64,000 nt of DNA from Takakia lepidozioides (lineage: Eukaryota; Plantae; Bryophyta), in the NCBI GenBank assembly GCA_030704615.1, contig CM060734.1, forward strand, positions 56,668,001-56,732,000, written 5' to 3'. The notes under the pieces are model-generated. The model ran no database searches, was not told where the DNA came from, and saw nothing but the letters and a program-made list of their open reading frames with translations. A program made the position numbers and the translations under genes. Positions within the stretch are counted from its first letter, which is position 1, and each line of letters opens with the position of its first letter. Positions 1 through 10,659 of this stretch are shown in pieces.

Positions 1-1
1 A

Positions 2-1378
2 GAGTATTGGTCACCTAACTATGTCTCAATCACTAGAGGCACAAGGGCAGCGGTGACACCAGCAGCTACACAAACATCTCCAACTACAAGCACTAGTAGT
101 GGAACAAGTAGTGTCGGCACTTCTGCAGGTGGTACCAGTTCAAAAGGTGCTACTACTCCTCCTGCCACAATTACAACACATGTGCCTAGATTCAACCCGG
201 TGGTGGAGTTCTTCCAGGAGTTGCGGAGGAACTACCAAGGTGTACGGACAGAGAAGCTGCGAAGTTTGCAAGACTTCCAGCGCAAATCCAGTGAGAGCTT
301 GCGAGAGGCCTACACTCGTATGAGGCGCTTGATAAGTGTGACCCAAGGGGTTACTGAAGCTCAGGCAGTCCAGTTCTGGTATGGAATTTTGGACAAGGAG
401 CTCAAGAGAAGGGTGCGGGATGCAACCCTGTTACAAGCGGCCCAACCCACATTAGCGGATGTGTTTCTGCTGGCTGAGCGGATTGAGCTCAACATGGTGG
501 AGGAGCGAGTTGTTACCATTGGATTTGGCAAGGACATGCCTGCACGAGGTGCAGCTGCCAGCCAACAGGTACAAAGGACTGCCCAACAGCGTGGTCAGGG
601 GGGCAAGGTTGCCCAACCCAAGTTCCATGGAGCTTACAAGGGACCTCAGGTGCGGCCCGTGGCATCTTTTGCAGGCCAACAGCAACCAGGGGTGATATGT
701 TGGACATGTGGAGGACCCCATGTCAAGAGAGATTGCCCAGAGAGTGGCAGAAGGCCGGCACAAGCACAGCCTGCACAGTTGCAGTGTGGGCATTGTGGCA
801 AGTATGGGCATGGAGATGCCCAGTGTTATGACTTGCACCCTGAGTTGCGCCCAGGCCAGTTCCAAGGGAACAATGGTGGCCGGGGGCGAGGTGGACCAGC
901 CCAGAGAGGACGAGGTGGTCGGGCACGAGGTGCAGGCCAAGGGCAAGCTCAACATGGCCAAGGACGCGGAGGTCAGGGTGTTGACCAAGACATGGCCAAC
1001 CGGCTTCAGCAGCTAGAGCAGAGGCTCGCTGCCATGGCTACAGCTCAGGTGGTACCGGCTCCCAGGCGGGATGGTCCACCTCCTGCTCCTGAGGGAGGAG
1101 ATATGGGAGGCATGGGATTCATGTGGAGCAGCACTACCACTAGTGCAGGTGGAGTCTGCTGCAGCCGTGACTCGAGGAGCACACGAGTTCCTGAGCCACG
1201 AGGTGCAGAGGTGGAATTGGATCCACAGCGTGGGGAGGCAAGCCGTCAGGCGAGGCTTCCTCAGTCATTCACATTGGCGGAGACAGTGTCGACGCCATCC
1301 ATGGCACCTAGTTCTCGCCCGACTGTTACCGAGGCGGAGGTTACTATGCCATTGGGAGAGCTACACGTGCAGCACTGA
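2..1378 (+). pseudogene. retrotransposon gag (5'-partial): capsid-like region, two zinc knuckles, RGG-rich nucleocapsid
   Basis: Frame is open from base 2. Gag-like QRKSSESLREAYTRMRRL; knuckles CWTCGGPHVKRDC and CGHCGKYGHGDAQC; GRGRGG repeats. Probable frameshifts near 1130-1180 and about 1355. Confidence 0.9.
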
Positions 1379-1407
1379 CACCTGCTACCAAGGCTAGTGC
1401 AGCCGGT

Positions 1408-2300
1408 GTGTTATTGGGGGCAGCCACCTCTGTGTGTCAAGCCCCACTGTTCTCGGCAACCATGATTGCGACGCCGGGGGTAAGACCAGTTGCAGTGTTC
1501 AGACTAGCAGCAACACTCTGCGAGAGTGGGGAGGTCACTTCATCTTCTGCGGAGTTACTGGAAGGTGTAGTGGCAGAGGGATCCTCGGATTTGAGGGTCA
1601 AGACTGCCACGGCTGCGCCATGGCAAGCTGCAGCTGCCAAGTTGACGGAGCTGTCAGCTAGGCCAGCCTTTGAGCGCGCCATGGTGACACCTGGAGTTGT
1701 CTTGTTAGACAACCAGGGAGGCATTTTCACTTTGAGTGGACCGGCAGGCAAGAAGTACCGGCCACTGCGGGTCTTGTTGGACTCAAGAGCTCAGCCACTG
1801 ATGTTGGGCAGAGCTGCTATTGCAGGTTTGGGCCTCATGGAGGCGGATATGGAGCCTTGTCCTTTCCAGATACTGACATCTCTGGGAGGATCAGAGCAGG
1901 CTCGGGGCATGACACGGCGTGAGTTGGCCATTGGACTACAACCAGATCATCCTGTAGATGGCTCAGTGATGCGAGCCAAGGCCATTGTGACAGACGCGAT
2001 CTCTTACAATGTCCTTGTTGGTGGGGCAGTGTTATATCCCATGGGCTTCACCCTGGACTTTTGGGAGGAGTCAGCATCCTACAGGCCTGGATGGCAGTCA
2101 GGGGATGGTCGTCGTGCACAGCTCCCTGTGACATTCATTGGGGGTATTGCGGCTGCCCAGCGGGGCAAGATGCCAACACTAGCCGCTTTTACAGCTGCAG
2201 TTAGTTGGCCTGGAGAGTTGCTGGAAGGCAATGCCCATGCAGAGGATGTGCCACCTCCAGCAGAGCAGGATGACATGCATGGTACGGCGGAGTTTCTGCC
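1408..2300 (+). pseudogene. retroviral-type aspartic protease region
   Basis: VLLDSRA at 1771-1791 is the LDSGA catalytic motif with G>R (gga>aga). The C-terminal YNVLVG motif corresponds to YDVLLG. Frameshift into the pol frame near 2300. Confidence 0.8.
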
Positions 2301-2492
2301 ATGGTTGCTCACACTCCATTATGGGGTACGAGCAAGGATTTGCAGCAGGCTGCTGATGGACGGGTACAACAAGCCTGGGTAGAGGCCTTCGTACCGTCAG
2401 GAGAAGAGGAAAGTGCGGTGATTGCACCAGGACCACCTCAGTTGTCGCCATTGGACACCACACCTCTTGTGTGGCAGTGCCCGGATGAAGGC

Positions 2493-3440
2493 ATATGCTT
2501 TCTGGACTTGTTTGGCGGGATCAGCACTGGATTGGCTGCAGTACTGCATGCAGGTGTACGAGTTCGACGTTACCTGTATGTGGAGAGGGATGAGATTGCA
2601 CGACGCGTCTCACTGCGCCATGTTGCTCAGTTGGTACAGCAGTACCCTGATTTGTTGCCAGTGTCTGCAGTTCGTGGATACCAACAAGCCTTGCCAGCAG
2701 ACATTTCGTTGCTGGGGGCGCAGGATTTGGAGCGGGTTGGCTCCATTGATCTGGTAGTGGCATGTTGGCCCTGCCAAGGGCATTCATCAGCCGGACATGG
2801 CAATGGATTGCAAGACTCGAGGACGGGTCTGTTTTGGGAGATGGTGCGGATTTTGCGCCACTTGCAGCTTCATCAAGCTGTATCTCCAGCATACATCTTG
2901 GAGAATGTGCCACTGATGGGTGATTCTCGGGCCAGGGTGATGGCCAGTATGCATCAAGTCCGGTCGTGGCTTGGGTCAGCAGTGTTGCTGGATGCAGCTG
3001 CAGTGGGGTCATGGGCTCATCGTCCACGGCTATGGTGGACTAACTTGATGCCACCCGCACTGCTCAAGCGTGCATTTGATGGGGTGCAGCGGCCAGCACA
3101 CCTCACAGTGGATAGCATTTTGGACACAGGGAGGTAGTCTCAACGTGTGAGACACGATGACCGTTCGCCTGGTGTCAATAGGGTGGATCAACCACGAGCA
3201 GCATTACCTACACTGCTCAGCTTCCCAGGATCCCATGCTTTTCAGGATGGTGGACCTGGCCTATTGTGGGATAGCCAGTTGCAACAATTAGTGGAGCCCA
3301 ATGCTGACGAGCGCGAGCGGGCGATGGGTTTTACCATAGGTACCACGGCGGTGCCATCTCTTTCTGAGGCATCGCGTTGTCAGGTGTTGGGGCAAGCAAT
3401 AGATCTCAATTGCTTGACCTGGATTATCAGCTTGGCTATG
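2493..3440 (+). pseudogene. cytosine-5 DNA methyltransferase domain (DNMT3-like) embedded in pol
   Basis: Motif I FLDLFGGISTG (2499), II YVE, III ADI, IV WPCQGHS (PC at 2769-2774), V DSRTGLF, VI ILENV (E at 2901), VII LLDAA, VIII AHRPRLWWTNL (3015), IX ERERAMGF (3309), X RCQVLGQA (3375). One internal TAG at 3135-3137. Confidence 0.95.
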
Positions 3441-3791
3441 GCTGAGCAGCGCAGAGTACGGAGTACACTTCCCTTCATGGTCTCCCTGCCTACCGAGACG
3501 GTACAGGCAGCAAGTGGGGGCGAACAGGTGAGGACCACGAGGTGCAAGCCGCATCCATGGCACACCTGGGAGGTTCTCGAGGTTCAGAAGGAGTTGGCAG
3601 CCAAGGCGGCGGTGATGGATCAGGTTGGGGATTTTTCTCGGATTGAGGAGGTCCTCAAGGATGGGATGATGGGGCAGGATGAGACATTGTCACTGACAGA
3701 GGAGGAAGTGGTCATTGCTCAAGAGGTTGCAGCATAGCAACCACGGGACGCGTCTTCTACCTCTAAGCCTGCTGGACTCAAGGTTGCAGTT

Positions 3792-5240
3792 ATGGAGGAT
3801 AACTGGGAGCCTGATGTTGGACCTATAGTCACCGGAGGAGAGAGACGACGTATACGACGGTTCTTGAGGGCTTACATGAACTGCTTTGCCTTCAGTTTGA
3901 AGGACTTAGGAGCATTGAAGGGTCAAGAGATTCGCATTGAATTGGCTACTGACACGCCAATCTTTCGGAGACCCTATAGATATAGTGACATGGAGAGGTC
4001 CTTGATTCAGATGAGAACTCAGGACCTTTGGGAGGCTGGTTTGGTGGAGCTATCTGGGGGAGAGTATGCTTCAGCTACAGTGATGCCAGCCAAGAAGGAT
4101 GTCTTTGGCAATTGGACGGAGAGACGTATGTGCGGTGATTACCAGCCTGTAAATCGTCAAACCAAGTCCGATAGGTATGCCATGCCAACACCAGAGGAGA
4201 TCTTTGATGCCATTGGGCATGCCAAGGTCTTTAGCACGTTGGATTTACGATCCGGATATCACCAGTTGCCGATCAAGGAGGAGGATAAGCAAAAGACGAC
4301 ATTCTTGGGGATTAATGAGCACGAGAAGGATTGCCTATACCAGTGGCGGTTCTTACCATTTGGGCTTAAGAACGCTCCGGCAGAGTTTCAGAGAGTCATG
4401 GACAGGATTCTAGCAGGGGTGGAGTTTGCTCGGTGCTACATAGATGACATCATCATCTTTAGTGCTACGGTGGAAGAGCATGAGAGACACCTTTAGGGGG
4501 TATTTGAGCGCTTGAGGGCGCACGGATTGAAGTTACATCCGGGAAAGTGCAAGTTTTTCCACAACCAGATTGAGTATCTGGGTCACATGATATATCCTGG
4601 AGGATTGGGGGTACAACAGACTAAGGTAGAGTCCATTGCACAGGTTCCACGCCCCACGGATATGAGCCGAATTCGAGCTTTCATGGGGTTAGCAAACTAT
4701 TATAGACGGTTTGTTAAGGGATTTAGTGCCATTGCAAAGGCTCTAACCAAGCTGACCAAGGTGGACCAGGAGTAGCAGTGGGAAGATGAGCAAGAACAAG
4801 CTTTTCAAGAGCTCAAGGCGAGGTTGACCTCGGCGCCCATCTTGAGACGACCTATCAGGGGGCGTCCTTTTCAGCTGCATACAGATTGGAGCGTGTTCGG
4901 GCTTGGAGCGGTGCTCACACAGGTGGACGATGAGGGAAGAGAGTTCGTAGTGGTTTATGCTAGCCGCTCGAACAACGTTGCAGAGTCTAAGTATAGCTCA
5001 TATGAGGGAGAATGCTTAGCTGCAGTGTGGGCCGTGGCACACTTCAGGTGCTATCTATACGGCAATCTCTTCACCCTCGTCACGGATTACCAACCACTCA
5101 AGTGGTTGATGGAGTCAGACAAGCTTACGGGGAAGCTTGCACGGTGGGCACTCATCCTTCAAGAGTATGACTTTCAGGTGGTGCATCGACCGGGTTTGGT
5201 CAATCACAATGCAGATGGATTGAGTCGCAATCCATGCACG
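3792..5240 (+). pseudogene. reverse transcriptase + RNase H of the gypsy element
   Basis: RMCGDY, LDLRSGYHQL, LPFGLKNAP, YIDD, YLGH. RNase H: HTDWS...GAVLTQ, YSSYEGECLA, TDYQPL, NADGLSR. TAG stops at 4494 and 4773. Confidence 0.96.
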
Positions 5241-5447
5241 AGCCAGCAGGATGACACTGGAGCTCGGTGGCATGGTGAGACGGACGAGGAGATGGTGCCC
5301 GGATGGCATGCATCTGCATTTCTGTGTATCTTGGCAGCGGAAGGCCAGGTTGGACCTGCAACAGGGATGACTATAGATCAAGTGTCTGAGGACCCTGAGG
5401 CTAGCAATGAGCAAGGTGGCGCCAAAGATATACATTAGGATTCAGTT

Positions 5448-6872
5448 GTGTTGGACTACCTCCGCACTGGAGACACTACAGCCACTGTGACTGCCAAGGA
5501 GAGGGATCGGATCCTACAACGAGCCAAGAGGTTCAAGTGGGAGAGGACACACCTGCTCCGAGTGTGGGAGGATGGTCAAGTGAGGATTGTGCCTCACCCA
5601 ACACAGCGGGCACGGTTAGTGCGGCATGCCCATGAGGAGTTGGGGCATTTTGGGGTGCGACGCACTCATAGTCTACTGCAGGGGCAGTATTGGTGGCATG
5701 GTATGCACACAGAAGTGCAACAATTTGTGGCTAGGTACATGGTGTGTGACAGGGTGCGTGCTTCATTCAACGCCCCTACTCCACAATTGCACCCTCTTCC
5801 GATCATGGGATTGGGCTACAGGTGGAGTCTTGACTTCGCAGGGTCGTTGCCACTGATCATGCGCCACAACAAGTACGTGTTGGTGATGGTGGAACACTTC
5901 TCCAAGTGGATTGAATTGGTTCCATTGCATGATAAGGCTAGTGAGGGAGCTGCGTATGCATTCTTGGATTGTGTGCTTAGCCGATTCGGTGCTCCAGCTG
6001 AGGTACTCACGGACCAAGGGAGAGAGTTCTTGGGGGAGTTTTAGGCTTTGTGTGACAAGGCCTTGATAGACCACCGCACCACTTCTCGGGATCATCCTGA
6101 GGCCGATGGCTTGGCAGAGAGAGTTGTTCAGATAGTAAAGAGGGTTTTGCGCAAGTATGGCTTGCAGAAGGGACACCTAGGAGATTGGGACCTTCAGTTA
6201 CCCTAGTTAGCCATGGGCTACAGGTTCAGCAAACAAGCATCACTTGCCTCCTTCTCACCATACTTTCTTCTCTTTGGCCGAGAGCCAGATTTGCCTACAT
6301 CCATTCGCAGAGAAGCTGCTACAGTTCTTAACCTTGACGATCCAAACGTGTGGGCACGTGCATGTGAGCAGCGTGCAGAGTTGTTCAAGAAAGTCATGCC
6401 CATGGCTTTCGAGAACCTTGCCATTGCACAACATCGTGATATGTTGAGGTATGCGACCATACGTGGTGGGGGCTATCGTCCTGGGGTTCGGAGATTCAAC
6501 CCTGGTGACTATGTTTATCTGCAGCAGACTGCTCCTACGACCTTGGATGTGACTACAGGACGTACTATTTTGATGGTTCGAGAGGTGTTGCCCTCAGGAG
6601 TCCTGATCTTGGAGGGTCGGGATGGCATGATTTGGAAGGACCATGTGCGTAATTGCGCGCCATGTCACCTTCCAAATGTTGATGGAAGGGTTGACCCAAA
6701 CCTGACAGTGGTACCTGCAAGTTTGAGGTGCATGTTGTGTGGGTCTGCTAGAGGGGCAGCCATCATGCTGGTGTGTGATCAATGCTCTAGAGGTTGGCAT
6801 ATGGGATGCTTGACTCCACCTCTTGAGATGGTTCTTGATGGGGATTGGTTATGTCCGCATTGCATTGGATAG
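5448..6872 (+). pseudogene. integrase (HHCC, DDE, SH3-like tail) with C-terminal PHD finger
   Basis: HEELGHFG...RYMVC (HHCC with C>Y); DDE residues in SLDF, TDQG and LAER; FNPGDYVYL. PHD C4HC3 CMLC...CDQC...HMGC...WLCPHC at 6729-6863. TAG stops at 6042 and 6204. Confidence 0.95.
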
Positions 6873-7118
6873 TAGGAGTGGATACAACCATGGAAGGCTA
6901 ACAAGAAATGCAAGGCCAAGCTACTAGGAGACCAACACACGAGATCCTGACTCAAGTTCACAGATTGCAAGACGGCAACTAACGATGGGGTTGCTCTTGT
7001 ACCCGGCCTCTTGGTCTATAGAGTTTGAGTACAATAGGGACAGTGATAGAGGACTTAGTATGGCTGAGGCTATTACATCTTGTAGCTATCTGGAGTTAGA
7101 GGGACCTAACCACCAGCT

Positions 7119-7128
7119 AGGGGGGCGA
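7119..7128 (+). other. polypurine tract
   Basis: aggggggcga, separated by one base from the TG start of the LTR. Confidence 0.75.
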
Positions 7129-7129
7129 T

Positions 7130-7723
7130 TGTGGTATAGCTTTCTAGGATTGTGTGCTTAGATTGTGAAGTGGACAGCGATGTATGTTGTGGCACGATGC
7201 TTAGGTGCACGACAGCTGTCATGGTTTTAGTCATGGTTATCTAGAATTACCTACTTCTAGTTAACTAGGACATTATAGATATTTATATTTATATTTTGTG
7301 TGTTGGGACTTCATTCGGTCTTACATGCCAAGTGAGGTGTCGAGCCTCACTTGAGACATGGAGATAAGTTTTCCCCTTGTGAGTGTTGAGGAGGCTCATC
7401 TTCTTGTAGTTGAGCCTCCATGAGCTTCTCTCACCTCCATAGCTCTAGGTATTGAGAGGGAGTGTGTTGAGGGCTTTGTAGGGTGGATTCCTTTAGCAAA
7501 GGTGCCCTTGGCTTGACTTAGTTTATGTGATAGAGTGGATTTCACTTGGAAGGACTAGGGCTTGTTATTCATGTGATTGCTTCATGCTTTGAGAGCTTTC
7601 ATTGTCTTCTACTTCTCTTATTTCTCATCTCTTATCATTGTGGTATAGCTTTCTAGGATTGTGTGCTTAGATTGTGTGGTGGACAGCGATGTATGTTGTG
7701 GCACGATGCTTAGGTGCACGACA
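7130..7723 (+). repeat. 3' LTR (about 594 bp) with an 85-bp direct repeat at both ends
   Basis: Starts TGTGGT and ends ACGACA (5/6 inverted). 7130-7214 and 7639-7723 differ at 2 positions. AT-rich TATA-like tract at about 7274-7298. Confidence 0.75.
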
Positions 7724-8585
7724 TCACACTTGAACTTACATAAAATATGTACGCAGTATGAACGAGTACCCATTACAAGAAATAAAAAGCTTATGCGCTC
7801 TCATGCACCTAGCATCCGCCATTTTTCTAATGCGAGGTCCCTAATAGCTGCTTCCATCTCGAACTCCAAACTTGCAACCTTCATGGCCTCTGCAACTTCC
7901 CTTGAAGCCTGACACATGTCCCATGTTTAACTAACTGTTTCTAGCTCTGCAGGTTACTGTGTAGTCAATAGGTGTGGACCATGACATTGAAATCTTAAGG
8001 TACAAGTGCAGCTATCGAAGCCCATAAGATTAACTTAGACACAATGATCTCAGACAATTGAGATCCAAATATTATGCAATAAATATAAAAGCTTCACAGA
8101 TTCGGAGGCATCTTTGTTTATATTTCTCTTTGATAAACCTTCATTGCAATTCATCAGGATTGGTGTAGAAGCTTGGTGCTTGAATATTGCACTTGAACAT
8201 AGCCGCCATCTACATTTTCGACATTTTTGTGTGTGTTTTGTATTGTGTTTTGTTTTTTTCACTACAACACACCCTATGTAATTTTGACGATTTAGTTTGA
8301 CACTAGCGTTGACTGTTGTCACTTTCGACTGTTCCAACCATTTTGCAGTCAAATTTTATATTAAATATTCGAGGTGCTAGACAACCGCGAAAATTTGACT
8401 ATAGTGAGAGACTTTGACTACCTAAAATGAGCTCACTGAGACAACCAGTTAAGCAATGGCACGTGTAATCACAATAAATAAATTATATAGCAATATATAT
8501 GTGGATAATAAGAAGTTAAAAAAATAACTATTTTTTCACTGACCCAACACATTAATAGTAAACTAATCGTGTGCTTGTTAAAGTT

Positions 8586-8840
8586 AGTGAAACAAAACAA
8601 CTGAATTATATGAACGAATGATAAACAAATGCCTTGCTGGCAGCTATTGGATGAACGTATGAAAGGTCAGTGAAACAAAACAACTGAATTACCTGAACGA
8701 GTGATAAACAAACGCCTTGCTGGCAGCTATTGGATGAGCGTATGAAATATAATTTTTGTGCACTAGATGAACGTATGAACGAACGATAAAGAAAATGCCT
8801 TGCTGGCAACTACTTGTATAAACGTATGAACGGATGATAA
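8586..8840. repeat. tandem repeat, about 83-bp unit, about 3 copies (third degenerate)
   Basis: Repeated tgaacga.tgataaacaaa.gccttgctggcagctattggatga.cgtatgaa. Confidence 0.85.
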
Positions 8841-9189
8841 TGCACTTGGCTCGAGTTTAGGATTGCTAGGTCGCAGTATGTAGCCTGGCTGGGACTTAGT
8901 GTTTTTTTGGGGTCGGCGTGGTTCGAGAGCTCCGCAGGCTTAGGGACTTAGTGTTTCTTTGTCTTTGTGCCACCATCTGTGTTTTCTTAAGGTTTGCAAA
9001 CCAGGATAAGCGGTTTCTAAAAGACTAGTATCTTGCTGTGTGCACATGAGAGAGCGGGTGGGTGGGGGGAGGAGAAAATAGAGAGAGAGAAGTGTCGCGC
9101 AACGAGTGTACTGTTTGTGGGATCGACCTGTATGTTTGCTCTTGTTGTGTCGGCCATTGTCACGACGTGTGCTATATGGGAGCGATGGT

Positions 9190-9790
9190 CAACTAAAGGC
9201 AGCAGCTGATAAAATCAGGCACCTCAACCATGACCACAGCTGTTGAAATTAGAGGATCAAGAGAGGGAGTCCACAATGCGTCTTCTGGCACTTCTGGGCA
9301 TGTGAAGATACTTTGTGCGGCAGGCAGACTGACAGAGGCTCTACAGACTCTAAGCCAAAGAGGCATTTCAGCAGATTCAGATATGTCTGTCTGGTGCTTA
9401 AGTGCATCAAGATGGATGGTCTGGAAGCTCGAAAGCAGGTGCACACTCACATTATCCAAAGTGGATTCACACCAAATGTTTTTCTACTCAACACCCTTGT
9501 CAACATGTATGTTAAGTGCGGAAGCATCATAGATGCTCACCAAGTGTTCAACAAAATGCCTCAATGATCTTTGATCACGTGGAATATTATGTTGGCAGGA
9601 TTTACCAAGCGTAGGTGTGGTAGGAATGCTTAGGAGACCTATGTGCAAATGTTGCGTGAAGGGGTGAAGCCCAACCACATCGCGTTTGTTTGTGTTTGCA
9701 ATGCGTGTGCAAGCCTGGGAGCTCTGGAAAAGAGGGAAGAGGTCCATAGTGACATTGTCAAAGCTGGAATTGTACCAGATGTCATCCTGG
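9190..9790 (+). pseudogene. PLS-class PPR protein pseudogene, copy 1
   Basis: QVHTHIIQSGFTPNVFLLNTLVNMYVKCGSIIDAHQVFNKMP and MLREGVKPNHIAFVCVCNACASLGALE. Frameshift near 9390, TGA at 9565, a further TAG near 9630. Confidence 0.9.
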
Positions 9791-10659
9791 AAATAGAAGC
9801 GGCAGCAGCCCAATTGATAGAACAATTCGTTGCTAATGAAGGTACCTTCTTCAATACATTTCACTCTGTTTTGCCATGTTATCAGAGTCGTCCCTAAATT
9901 TCATGTAGAATTCTGCAAGTTAGCTCGTTCATGACGTGAGCTGGCATGAGTTTTATAAAGATCCTTCACGATGGTGGGACAACCGCAATCACAAGGTGTG
10001 GCTTTTCTTAATGTACGATGTGAAGAAGTTTGTCCATCTTGCAAAGGTGGGCTCTTGGCTCCTGTTAGCACCATGATTTGGTGTTCTTCCTGATGTTTAC
10101 AAGGTTCTTGGGAGAGTCAGCTTGGTCTTAGCAGGCCGTGTTTCAAGAGTCTGCCTGCTCAGCTGCACCATGGTGGTTCTCACAGACCAATCCAACATTA
10201 CCTGACTACAGACACAAACATCACACACAAGAGGTCATTTTGGGTTGATGCTCGGTCAAATCCTCCATGGGTCAAGGACAATGTGGTGAGGGCACCTTCT
10301 TCTTTGACCTGTTGCAGCCTGTTTTGCCCCCTCATCAGACTGATGCATATTGAATTCTGTAAGTTAGCTCATTGGGTGGATCTGTGGTGGTTTGGAGTGA
10401 CTTTGAACTAGTGTGATAAGTAAAGTTGGGGTGTTTGTTGGAACAATTCTAGGCTATCATTGTCAGCTGCTAGCAGCAAGGCAAAGATGTATGCATGATT
10501 TGTGCAGAGGTATGGATAGCTGAAGGGGCAGGGATAGAGTGTGGGTGCAGATTCATCCAAGAGGGCTGGATTTCAAGCTCCAGATTACCTATGATTCCAT
10601 GTGGATCAATAGCTACAAGAAACTTGCTGCATGGGTAGATGGTCAAGTAAAGGTAGCAG

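Larger units (their letters stand above)
1..7723 (+). mobile_element. Ty3/gypsy LTR retrotransposon (5' end outside the window) encoding gag-PR-C5 DNA methyltransferase-RT-RNaseH-INT-PHD; decayed copy
   Basis: Gypsy order PR-RT-RH-INT. ORFs starting at 2301, 3147, 3792, 4512, 4824, 5448 and 6213 share one frame and are broken only by TAG codons. A purine tract at 7119-7128 is followed by a TG...CA LTR at 7130-7723. Confidence 0.96.

Noticed and set aside
2493-3440. Bacterial restriction-modification gene or contaminant
   Set aside because: The domain is in frame with gypsy pol, has no cognate endonuclease, and is contiguous with intron-containing plant genes.
3135-6206. Programmed TAG readthrough or an alternative genetic code
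   Set aside because: RGP in this window ends with TAG, and catalytic residues in the element are also mutated. Decay explains the pattern.
8586-8840. CRISPR-like array (also 27962-28560)
   Set aside because: These are plain tandem duplications without unique spacers, in a eukaryotic context with no cas genes.
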